The translations under genes were made by a program, and so were the position numbers. This document shows positions 1 to 7,395 of a DNA stretch of 47,885 bases, piece after piece. Every line of letters begins with the position of its first letter. Within the stretch, counting starts at the first letter, position 1. The notes beneath the pieces were generated by a model. The model was not told the DNA's origin, made no database searches, and saw nothing but the letters and a program-made list of their open reading frames with translations. Origin of the DNA: Parcubacteria group bacterium GW2011_GWC1_41_7. GTDB taxonomy: Bacteria; Patescibacteriota; Minisyncoccia; UBA6257; HR35. The stretch is taken from NCBI GenBank assembly GCA_000997465.1, contig LCBW01000003.1:1-47885 (forward strand), given 5' to 3'.

Positions 1-396
1 ATGCGCGCAGATGAAATTTCTGCTATGCAGCGCATGCGGAGCAAGGCATCTGAAAAGGACACCCTTCCAACGCAGCGCAAGCAAAGCTTGGCTGATAAAA
101 AAATCATTGCGCAATTTAATGCTACAAAACTGCGCGTTGAGAAACACATACAGTTGTTTCAATTTTCAGATGCGCTAAAATTACTGTATGAATTCTTTTG
201 GCATGACTTTTGCGATGTATATGTTGAATCATGCAAAGGAGATACCACCAATGATCCAAAGATTCTGATGCAGGTACTTGAGCAATCGCTCAAACTTATT
301 CATCCCTTTATGCCGTTTGTCACTGACGCGCTCGCACAAAAATTACAAAAAAAGCACCTTCCATTATTTACCCAACCGTGGCCAACCAAGCTATAA
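1..396 (+). CDS. valS: valyl-tRNA synthetase, C-terminal fragment (5' end lies outside the window)
   Basis: The ORF is open to the window edge. Motifs FWHDFCDVYVE and LIHPFMPFVTD resemble the class Ia ValRS anticodon-binding/C-terminal region. TAA stop at 394-396. Confidence 0.7.
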   Translation: MRADEISAMQRMRSKASEKDTLPTQRKQSLADKKIIAQFNATKLRVEKHIQLFQFSDALKLLYEFFWHDFCDVYVESCKGDTTNDPKILMQVLEQSLKLIHPFMPFVTDALAQKLQKKHLPLFTQPWPTKL

Positions 397-1097
397 ATTT
401 TTTTTATATATTTTTCTTTTCTTTTCTTCCTGTTTTGGGTTGGTTCTGGTTTATTCTCAAAGAAGATCCCCATCCTGAACCGCGATCGTTAACCGCGCTT
501 TCATTCTTACTTGGAGGAGTTGCGGTTTTTTTAAGTTTTTACGCAGAGCTTTCTTTAGAACAGTTTGGCCTCAGTAGTCACACGGCTCCTTTTCTTTATT
601 ACTTTTACAGTTCGGTGATCGAGGAGGTGTTCAAGTTTCTTCCCATTGCACTTTTTATTTTTACGCGGCGCGCATTTGATGAACCGATTGATGCGATGGT
701 GTATATGGGATTTGCGGCGCTTGGTTTTTCTTTTTTAGAAAATTTTTTTGGACTCTATACCCTTGCGTCATCATCAGTTACGCTCGTTATGGTTGTTGCC
801 CTCATGAGAGCGTTAAGCGCAAATTTTTTACACATGCTTGCATCAGTTTTAATTGGATTCGGGTTTGCGGAGAGCTTGAAGCTTCGCCGCGTGCTTCCCT
901 TTGTCTTCAGTATTATCGTTGCGATACTGTTACACTTTATTTATAATATGTATATCGTTGAACAAGACGCCATGCTGTATGTCTTTCCTATTTTGTGGGC
1001 AGTATTTTTTATCGTCTTAAAGGAATTTGATTTCATAAAGGCACGCTCGCTTCCTCGCCATACATCAAAACAATTACCCTCGGAACATTCTTTTTAA
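378..1097 (+). CDS. PrsW-family intramembrane protease-like membrane protein
   Basis: Multi-TM protein with SVIEEVFKF (EExxK), FLENFF and HMLASVLIGFG motifs typical of PrsW-type proteases. GTG start overlaps the valS end by 19 nt. Confidence 0.55.
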   Translation: MANQAINFFYIFFFSFLPVLGWFWFILKEDPHPEPRSLTALSFLLGGVAVFLSFYAELSLEQFGLSSHTAPFLYYFYSSVIEEVFKFLPIALFIFTRRAFDEPIDAMVYMGFAALGFSFLENFFGLYTLASSSVTLVMVVALMRALSANFLHMLASVLIGFGFAESLKLRRVLPFVFSIIVAILLHFIYNMYIVEQDAMLYVFPILWAVFFIVLKEFDFIKARSLPRHTSKQLPSEHSF

Positions 1098-1109
1098 ACA
1101 CAAACCCCC

Positions 1110-1487
1110 ATGGACCAAAACTTTCACGAACACCAAATAAATCTTGAGCAAGAAGAAGGACAGTTGAGCATTGATGTATTCCAAACCGACACTGATCTTA
1201 TTGTGCAATCAACCGTTGCCGGGGTCACTATGGAAGACCTTGAAATTCTCGTGCACGGCGATATGCTTGTGATTCGCGGAAAACGACTTCCTCCCGATCC
1301 TGCGCGTGCGGAACAATATCTGTATCGAGAGTGCTACTGGGGTCCCTTTGCCCGAACTATTGTGCTCCCCCGAGACGTTGATCCAAACCGCATAAAAGCG
1401 GCTCTCAAAAACGGCATTTTAACCATCCGCATTCCGCGGGTCTCCTCTGAATCATTCAAAAAAGTAGACGTTCGGTTTGAAAATTAA
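1110..1487 (+). CDS. Hsp20/alpha-crystallin small heat-shock protein
   Basis: 125 aa. The alpha-crystallin core reads LSIDVFQTDTDLIV...GDMLVIRGKR...FARTIVLPRDVDPNRIKAALKNGILTIRIPR. Confidence 0.9.
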   Translation: MDQNFHEHQINLEQEEGQLSIDVFQTDTDLIVQSTVAGVTMEDLEILVHGDMLVIRGKRLPPDPARAEQYLYRECYWGPFARTIVLPRDVDPNRIKAALKNGILTIRIPRVSSESFKKVDVRFEN

Positions 1488-1580
1488 GAATTTAAGCACG
1501 AAATTCAAAGCACGAAGCACAAAATTTTTGATTTTCAAATTTAAGATTTAAAATAATCTTACTTCTTATTTTTTGAACGA

Positions 1581-1680
1581 ATAAATGCACAAAGAAACCC
1601 GCGCAGCCCGAGCGGGCATGGTACGAGCATCTTTGATGCGAGTGAGCGAGGGCGAGTATAACTGATGCGTGTGCATTTAT
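1581..1680. repeat. 11-bp perfect inverted repeat (ATAAATGCACA / TGTGCATTTAT) enclosing a 78-nt GC-rich structured insert, 7 nt upstream of the tRNA
   Basis: Left arm at 1581-1591 and right arm at 1670-1680, read directly. Internal hairpins are cccgc-N9-gcggg (1598-1616) and gcatc-ttt-gatgc (1627-1639). GCGAG occurs three times in 1639-1655. Confidence 0.45.
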
Positions 1681-1687
1681 GAGTGAA

Positions 1688-1762
1688 GCGCCCGTAGCTC
1701 AGTGGTAGAGCACCAATCTTATAAGTTGGCCGTCGCAGGTTCGATCCCTGCCGGGCGCACCA
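1688..1762 (+). tRNA. tRNA-Ile with anticodon UAU (reads AUA), CCA encoded
   Basis: Hand-folded cloverleaf. Acceptor GCGCCCG/CGGGCGC, D arm GCTC/GAGC, anticodon stem CCAAT/GTTGG, loop CTTATAA (34-36 = TAT), T arm GCAGG-TTCGATC-CCTGC, discriminator A plus CCA. Confidence 0.8.
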
Positions 1763-1768
1763 TATACC

Positions 1769-2209
1769 ATGAATTGTCAACGCGCTTCTTTTTTTGTCTT
1801 GGGAATTTTTATTCTTGCCTTCACATTCAATTTCCTTTTTGCCCATACTGCTCTTGCCATTCCAGGAAGGGACTTTGGGGGGCGCATTGTGTTTACGGGG
1901 TACTACTGTGTGAATGGAATTGATCTTTTTATTGCCGGGCCCCTTACTGCCCCTCAGATGACTGGGTTTTACCTTTTTCCGTGGGGAGCAATTTTATACA
2001 AATGGTGGCAGCCAATTGTCGGCAATAATGTTGTTGGACAGGTATTCCCCGGTGGGTGTTGTTGGGTTCCCACTGCAGTTGGGCCCATTTGTCTTCCTGA
2101 GCTCTATACTATCACCAGTATGGGAACATCGGGTGGACTCGTGGGAGCAATTGCAGACACCGCCCTCACGGTTATTCAAAGTCAAATTCAAAATCAAATA
2201 AATCAGTAA
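1769..2209 (+). CDS. small secreted cysteine-containing protein, unknown function
   Basis: N-terminal signal-like segment FFVLGIFILAFTFNFLFAHTALA. Mature part has 5 Cys including GGCCW. No family recognised. Confidence 0.45.
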   Translation: MNCQRASFFVLGIFILAFTFNFLFAHTALAIPGRDFGGRIVFTGYYCVNGIDLFIAGPLTAPQMTGFYLFPWGAILYKWWQPIVGNNVVGQVFPGGCCWVPTAVGPICLPELYTITSMGTSGGLVGAIADTALTVIQSQIQNQINQ

Positions 2210-2290
2210 TTTATTTTTATTTATTTAAAAATATTTTTGTAGATAAATTTTAAAAATATTAGGCGCTGTTATTACTTCACAATAACAGCT

Positions 2291-2546
2291 TGCGGCACCT
2301 GAGATGTATCGCTACGCGATATCATCGCTACTTTCGCAAGGCGAACGTAGCAATCGGCGCCGCGATGGCAACGCAAACGGCTTATCGCTAAAGCGAACAC
2401 CGTAAGCGTTTTGCAAATGGCTTATCGCTAAAGCGAACACCGTAAGCGTTTTGCGGCACCTAATCGGCGCCGCGATGGCAACGCAAACGGCTTATCGCTA
2501 AAGCGAACACCGTAAGCGTTTTGCGGCACCTAATCGGCGCCGCGAT
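2291..2546. repeat. tandem array of a GC-rich, hairpin-forming intergenic repeat (70-bp unit; 36-bp core present three times)
   Basis: Core ggcttatcgctaaagcgaacaccgtaagcgttttgc sits at 2379-2414, 2419-2454 and 2489-2524. A full 70-bp unit is at 2461-2530, with near-copies from 2351 and a truncated copy at 2531-2546. The array lies between convergent genes and abuts the stop codon of the minus-strand ORF. Confidence 0.9.
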
Positions 2547-3037
2547 TATCGAAAGATCGAAACGTACCACCGATCAAGGTACGAGAGTGAATCTTCATAT
2601 TCATCCAAAAATTGCCGCAACGTAGTGCGAACTTTATCAAGGGGTGTATAATCGCTCAGCGGCATCATAATCCCAAATCCAAACCGAAATGCTGTTTTCG
2701 GTAAAAAATATAAATACTCGCGATGATCGGTTTCAAAAATTTCAAATCCCTCAAACTCGGTCCATGGATGGAACCGTTTGTTTATAAATACCCCCTCTTT
2801 GTTTAGTACAATTGATAACTTCTCTTCTTCATAAAAAACAGGGTGAAAAAAGAATATAGCTCCAAAGAGCGAAATAATTAAAAAAAGAAAATCTTTCACC
2901 ACAATCGCATACACCAAAGATGCTCCCGACACCACCCCCCAAAACAAATGCCACATAGTATCTCCGTACGGATGATCTAAGTGATTTAAAGTTTCCCAAT
3001 GTAACTCAAAGTCTGCGATGTGTTTTAAAGAAGACAT
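2546..3037 (-). CDS. hypothetical membrane protein (2 TM helices plus a C-terminal soluble domain)
   Basis: 163-aa ORF with two hydrophobic helices (WGVVSGASLVYAIVV, FLFLIISLFGAIFFF). No family recognised. Confidence 0.5.
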   Translation of the reverse strand: MSSLKHIADFELHWETLNHLDHPYGDTMWHLFWGVVSGASLVYAIVVKDFLFLIISLFGAIFFFHPVFYEEEKLSIVLNKEGVFINKRFHPWTEFEGFEIFETDHREYLYFLPKTAFRFGFGIMMPLSDYTPLDKVRTTLRQFLDEYEDSLSYLDRWYVSIFR

Positions 3038-3159
3038 GATGTAGAGCTTCCAATATATAAAGATTATAAATCTAAAATTCTATAAAAATACCCTCAGGAC
3101 GCGCGTATGATGCCTATTGTACGCTAGCGGTATCTTACTTATAATCTTCAACGTAAGAT

Positions 3160-5574
3160 ATGAAATACGATTTTGAAAAAATTGAAAAGAAGTGGCAGAA
3201 GATCTGGGAAGAAAAAAAATACGCTCCCTGGAAAGTAAAAAAAACTTCTGGTAAAAAAAATACCTATATCCTTGACATGTTCCCCTATCCTTCAGGATCC
3301 GGGCTTCATACCGGACACATCGAAGGATATACGGCAACAGATATTCTCTCGCGCTACTATCGCATGCAAGGACACCAAGTGCTCCATCCGATGGGATGGG
3401 ATGCGTTTGGGCTCCCCGCAGAAAACTATGCGCTCAAAATGAAAAAAAATCCAATGTCGTTTGTGCCGACAAATATTGAGTTGATGAAAAAACAGCTCAA
3501 AAAAATGGGTTTTTCATATGATTGGTCACGTGAAATTTCAACAACCGATCCCGCATATTACACCTGGACCCAATGGATGTTTTTACAGATGTATAAAAAG
3601 GGGCTTGTGTATGAAGCGGAATCTCCAATTAATTTTTGCCCTTCATGTAAAACAGGTCTTGCTAATGAAGAAGTTGTCGGAGGACGATGCGATCGCTGCG
3701 GATCGGAAACTGAAACACGCATGCTCTCTCAATGGCACATTAAAATCACGCAGTATGCCGACCGTCTTCTTGAGGGACTTGATGGTTTAGGGTGGCCCGA
3801 ATCAATCAAGGAACTTCAGCGCAACTGGATTGGAAAAAGCGAAGGATATGAAATTACATTCAAAACAGAAGATAAGGAAAATACTATTTCTGTATTTACC
3901 ACTCGCCTTGACACACTCTTTGGAGTTACATTCTTAGTACTTGCGCCTGAACATCAGATGGCCCTGAAAATCGCAAAAGGCGACTATTATTTTATCACCG
4001 AAAATTACATTGAAAACGCACAAAAAAGAACAGCAAAAGAACGGCGCAGCAGCGATGAGGTAAGCGGAGTGTTCACGGGCTCGTATGTCGTGCATCCGTT
4101 TACTAAAATTCGCATCCCGGTTTGGGTGAGCGAATATGTACTCTTTGACTATGGAACTGGTGCTGTGATGGGAGTGCCAGCTCACGACAAACGGGATCAT
4201 CGATTTGCAACGCGATTTCATCTTTCCATTGAAGAGGTTATTGCGGGCAAGGACGTCCCCCATGAAAATTATGGGGTGCTTAAAAATTCAGAAGAATTTA
4301 CAGGCCTTACCTCGCAAGAAGCAATTGAAAAAATCGGGGAGCAACTGATGTCTTCGGGTATCGCGACAAAGCATATTTATTACAAATTGCGTGATTGGGT
4401 ATTTTCACGCCAACGATACTGGGGAGAACCCATCCCGCTGATTCGCTGTCCTCATTGCGGCATTGTTCCAGTTCCCGAAAAAGATCTTCCTGTTACGCTT
4501 CCGCCCGTTAAAAGCTATGAGCCCTCTGGAACCGGACAGTCGCCGCTTGCAAAAATAAAAGAATGGATTGAGGTAAAATGCCCTGTATGCGACAAAAAGG
4601 CAACGCGCGAAACAAATACTATGCCGCAATGGGCAGGATCTTGCTGGTATTATCTTCGTTATCTTGATCCAAAAAACAAAAAAGTATTTGCATCAAAAGA
4701 ATCCCTTAAGGCGTGGCTTCCTGTGACGATGTATGTTGGCGGAGCTGAACACGCGGTGCTTCATCTGCTGTATGCGCGTTTTTGGCACATGGTGCTCTAT
4801 GATGCAAAGCACGTACCTACCCCCGAACCATTTGCAAGGCTTGTTAATCAGGGCATTATCTTAGGGCCAGACCATGAAAAAATGTCCAAGTCCCGCGGAA
4901 ATGTGGTTAACCCTGATGATATTACAAAAGAATTTGGGGTAGACACCTTGCGCATGTATGAGATGTTTATGGGGCCTTTTGAAGATACCAAGCCATGGGC
5001 GCAGGAAGGTATTCGCGGTATTTTTAGATTTTTGATCCGCGTGTGGAGTATTGGGTTAGATGTAAAGAAAAAAAATGTTCCTTCTTCAATAAAAGACGAC
5101 GCCCTTTTGAAAGGACTGCACGCCACCATTCAAAAGGTAGGTCAAGATATTCCCGCGCTTAAGTTTAATACGGCAATTTCTGCCATGATGGAGTGCAGTG
5201 ATATGCTCCGTAAAAAATGCGACGAGGGAGCTCTCTCGCCCAATACCTTTATTGATTTTCTTAAAATTCTCTTTCCTTTTGCTCCATATACGGCGCAAGA
5301 ACTTTTTCATATGCTTGGGAAGACAACACTCCTTGATAGCGCATCGTGGCCAACGGTCAATAAAAAATATCTCGCACAAGAATCTAAAACGATTATCATT
5401 CAAGTCAATGGTAAAAAACGCCTTGACTTTTCAGTTCCCTTGGATATGACATTTGAAAACATAAAAACTGAAGCAATGAAATCTCCAAAGGTAAAAATAT
5501 ACTTGAAGGGCAAAAAAATACTTAAAACTATTTTTGCGCAAGATCGCATTATCAACTTCGTAGTAAAGGAGTAG
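3160..5574 (+). CDS. leuS: leucyl-tRNA synthetase
   Basis: 804 aa. HIGH motif LHTGHIEGY, KMSKS motif EKMSKSRGN, and an editing-domain-sized insertion. Confidence 0.95.
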   Translation: MKYDFEKIEKKWQKIWEEKKYAPWKVKKTSGKKNTYILDMFPYPSGSGLHTGHIEGYTATDILSRYYRMQGHQVLHPMGWDAFGLPAENYALKMKKNPMSFVPTNIELMKKQLKKMGFSYDWSREISTTDPAYYTWTQWMFLQMYKKGLVYEAESPINFCPSCKTGLANEEVVGGRCDRCGSETETRMLSQWHIKITQYADRLLEGLDGLGWPESIKELQRNWIGKSEGYEITFKTEDKENTISVFTTRLDTLFGVTFLVLAPEHQMALKIAKGDYYFITENYIENAQKRTAKERRSSDEVSGVFTGSYVVHPFTKIRIPVWVSEYVLFDYGTGAVMGVPAHDKRDHRFATRFHLSIEEVIAGKDVPHENYGVLKNSEEFTGLTSQEAIEKIGEQLMSSGIATKHIYYKLRDWVFSRQRYWGEPIPLIRCPHCGIVPVPEKDLPVTLPPVKSYEPSGTGQSPLAKIKEWIEVKCPVCDKKATRETNTMPQWAGSCWYYLRYLDPKNKKVFASKESLKAWLPVTMYVGGAEHAVLHLLYARFWHMVLYDAKHVPTPEPFARLVNQGIILGPDHEKMSKSRGNVVNPDDITKEFGVDTLRMYEMFMGPFEDTKPWAQEGIRGIFRFLIRVWSIGLDVKKKNVPSSIKDDALLKGLHATIQKVGQDIPALKFNTAISAMMECSDMLRKKCDEGALSPNTFIDFLKILFPFAPYTAQELFHMLGKTTLLDSASWPTVNKKYLAQESKTIIIQVNGKKRLDFSVPLDMTFENIKTEAMKSPKVKIYLKGKKILKTIFAQDRIINFVVKE

Positions 5575-5582
5575 TGCATTAA

Positions 5583-5640
5583 ACGCGGCGCCTCAACGAA
5601 TGCTACGTTCGCGAAGCGATACATCTTAGGTACCGCCAAA
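5583..5640. repeat. dispersed, inverted, shortened copy of the left flank of the 2291-2365 repeat region
   Basis: tgctacgttcgc (5601-5612) is the reverse complement of gcgaacgtagca (2341-2352). agcgatacatct (5615-5626) is the reverse complement of agatgtatcgct (2302-2313). cgcggcgcc is shared. Confidence 0.7.
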
Positions 5641-5651
5641 CGCTTGCCTCC

Positions 5652-5683
5652 AAACGCAACGGGCATAATGCCCGTTGCGTTTT
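5652..5683 (+). terminator. intrinsic terminator-like hairpin downstream of leuS
   Basis: Perfect 14-bp stem AAACGCAACGGGCA / TGCCCGTTGCGTTT with loop TAA, ending in a T run. Confidence 0.6.
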
Positions 5684-5707
5684 CAATACAAGTTATAATC
5701 CGTATAA

Positions 5708-6586
5708 ATGAAAAAAATACGAAAGGCGGTTGTGCCCGTTGCCGGATACGGGACACGATTTCTCCCAGTTACTAAGGCAATGCCAAAAGAAATGTTGCCC
5801 TTGGTTAATAAGCCGGTCATTCAATATATAGTTGAAGAATTAGTTGATGCGGGTATCACTCAAATTGTGCTGGTAACCGGATGGCACAAACGCGCTATTG
5901 AAGATCACTTTGATAGGCACTGGGAACTTGAAGCACAACTTGAAAAAAATAATAAAAAAAACGAACTTTATGAAATTCGCCGTATATCAGAACTTGCAGA
6001 TTTTATTTATGTTCGCCAAAAAGAAATATGTGGAAATGGAGACGCAATTCTTGCGGCACGCAGTGCAGTTGGCGATGAACCGTTTTTGGTTTTTTGGGGA
6101 GATGATTTTATCACCGCTTCCCCGTCACGCGCAAAACAACTTATTGCCGCATACGAAACATATCAAAGCACAATTTTAGGAGCGATACGAACTGAAGATC
6201 CCGAAGATACAAAAAAATTTGGATTTGCAAAAGGACCCGAAGTTGCGCCTGGCGTGATTGAAATTACCGATCTTATTGAAAAGCCGGGACCCGATACATG
6301 TCCATCTCATCTTGCAACGGTTTCTGGGTTTGTGTTCACACCGGATATTTTTGATGCCCTCTCTTCTGCTCCCGTGCAAAACGGGAAAGAACTCGTGTAT
6401 ATTGACGGCGTAAATGAGCTTCGCAAAAAAGGACAAAAGACATATGCGGTTGAAATTCAAAATGGCACCTACTTTGACTGCGGAAATATTTTAGAATACA
6501 TGAAGACAAACGTGCGTATTGCGCTCACTCATCCTGAGCTCAAAGATCCCTTTATGGATTTTCTCCGACACATTACTAAGGAATAA
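5708..6586 (+). CDS. galU: UTP--glucose-1-phosphate uridylyltransferase
   Basis: N-terminal KAVVPVAGYGTRFLPVTKAMPKEMLP nucleotidyltransferase signature. 292 aa. Confidence 0.9.
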   Translation: MKKIRKAVVPVAGYGTRFLPVTKAMPKEMLPLVNKPVIQYIVEELVDAGITQIVLVTGWHKRAIEDHFDRHWELEAQLEKNNKKNELYEIRRISELADFIYVRQKEICGNGDAILAARSAVGDEPFLVFWGDDFITASPSRAKQLIAAYETYQSTILGAIRTEDPEDTKKFGFAKGPEVAPGVIEITDLIEKPGPDTCPSHLATVSGFVFTPDIFDALSSAPVQNGKELVYIDGVNELRKKGQKTYAVEIQNGTYFDCGNILEYMKTNVRIALTHPELKDPFMDFLRHITKE

Positions 6587-6605
6587 TTTTCTATCCCTAT
6601 TACCT

Positions 6606-6639
6606 AAAAGCCCCCGGCACTTGCTCGCCAGGGGCTTTT
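6606..6639 (+). terminator. terminator-like hairpin downstream of galU
   Basis: AAAAGCCCC ... GGGGCTTTT stem (6606-6614 / 6631-6639). Confidence 0.45.
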
Positions 6640-7116
6640 ACTTCTAGCGTACAATAATCAACCCTCCCTTGCCATAAAAATCATAAAAAATTTGATAGGT
6701 TATCTGTGTAATATAGTGTCTATTGTAAAAAATAAAGTATATATGTTTCATGTTTTTTTAAAACATCATTTTGGGACTGTTTCGCGGTACCAATATAAAA
6801 TATTTTTATCTTTTAGCTGATTTTAAAAAAATAATGTTTTTAAAATGTTTCACGATGAAACCGTGAAACATAGAATTTAATTCATTCTTGTCTTTAACCG
6901 TGAAACATTGGATGTTTCATAAGTTCGCAGAATATGCGTAATTGTTTCACGATTTTAGCCCTTTAAAAATGCATGTTACCGAAGTTCGCAGAAGTTATGG
7001 GAGAATATGTTTCACGTGAAACAATTTGTTCATTTTTTTAAAGCAACATATTCCTAAAAATACACGTGTTCTGTCACACGTGTAACACATTGTGTATTTT
7101 TATATATTTAAAATAT

Positions 7117-7209
7117 TTACATCTGGTAAATCTTACGGTCTCTGAGATGTAAGCAACCGCGGCGTTTTGGGTAGTCCAAAGCCGCAAATGAAGTACCAGC
7201 CGTTTGCGG
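7117..7209 (+). ncRNA. candidate structured RNA or attenuator-like element (unclassified)
   Basis: GC-rich island in AT-rich DNA. Stem TTACATCT/AGATGTAA at 7117-7124 / 7145-7152. Hairpin GCGGC-G-TTTGG-G...CCAAAGCCGC at 7159-7185. A competing stem CCGCAAA/TTTGCGG at 7182-7188 / 7203-7209 is followed by a T-rich tail. Confidence 0.25.
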
Positions 7210-7321
7210 AGCTATTTATTTCTTAAAACACACCCCTTGTTACACGTGAAACAGATTATGTATTTTATTAATTTATTGACCTAAACCGATCAAATTAATC
7301 AATTACCGCAATAATACAGAG

Positions 7322-7330
7322 TGCTATAAT
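7322..7330 (+). promoter_or_regulatory. extended -10 promoter element (TGCTATAAT) upstream of the LAGLIDADG ORF
   Basis: Matches TGnTATAAT, 66 nt upstream of the ATG at 7396. A TGTTTCAC motif follows at 7341-7348, an operator-like position. Confidence 0.3.
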
Positions 7331-7395
7331 GTACATAGGATGTTTCACAATTTACAAATCTCAAAAAGCATGTTCCTATTGGAACACTTATTTTT

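Larger units (their letters stand above)
6744..7349. repeat. array of TGTTTCAC / GTGAAACA octamers (operator- or iteron-like) in an 809-bp non-coding AT-rich tract
   Basis: Exact TGTTTCAC at 6846, 6943, 7008 and 7341. Exact GTGAAACA at 6863, 6900, 7016 and 7246. TGTTTCAT variants at 6744 and 6913. A 16-bp perfect palindrome TGTTTCACGTGAAACA sits at 7008-7023. ACACGTGT occurs at 7062-7069 and 7076-7083. aagttcgcagaa is repeated at 6921-6932 and 6982-6993. Confidence 0.85.

Noticed and set aside
1513-1526. 14-mer cgaagcacaaaatt shared in reverse complement with 37218-37231
   Set aside because: Several 14-mer coincidences are expected by chance in a 48-kb AT-biased window, and there is no extended similarity around it.
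1559-1923. ORFs 1559-1846 (-) and 1702-1923 (+)
   Set aside because: Both run across tRNA-Ile and the structured upstream element. They have no recognisable protein features and are likely spurious.
2291-2546. Possible CRISPR array
   Set aside because: The units are contiguous tandem copies with no unique spacers between them. The unit length (70 bp) and internal long hairpin do not fit CRISPR repeats, and no cas genes are in the window.
3038-3159. T-box or other leader upstream of leuS
   Set aside because: At 122 nt the spacer is too short for a T-box, and no specifier or T-box consensus is visible. There is only a 7-bp stem around a TATAAT.
3934-5756. Antisense or out-of-frame ORFs inside leuS (and similar ones inside gyrA, VirB4, the Clp-like gene, the giant protein, ftsH and dnaA)
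   Set aside because: They are fully embedded in strongly supported genes, have low-complexity or odd composition, and have no motifs. They were treated as shadow ORFs.
6600-7395. Replication origin (DnaA-box cluster) interpretation of the octamer array
   Set aside because: TGTTTCAC/GTGAAACA does not match the DnaA box TTATCCACA. Consensus boxes are instead found next to dnaA at 25870-25886.
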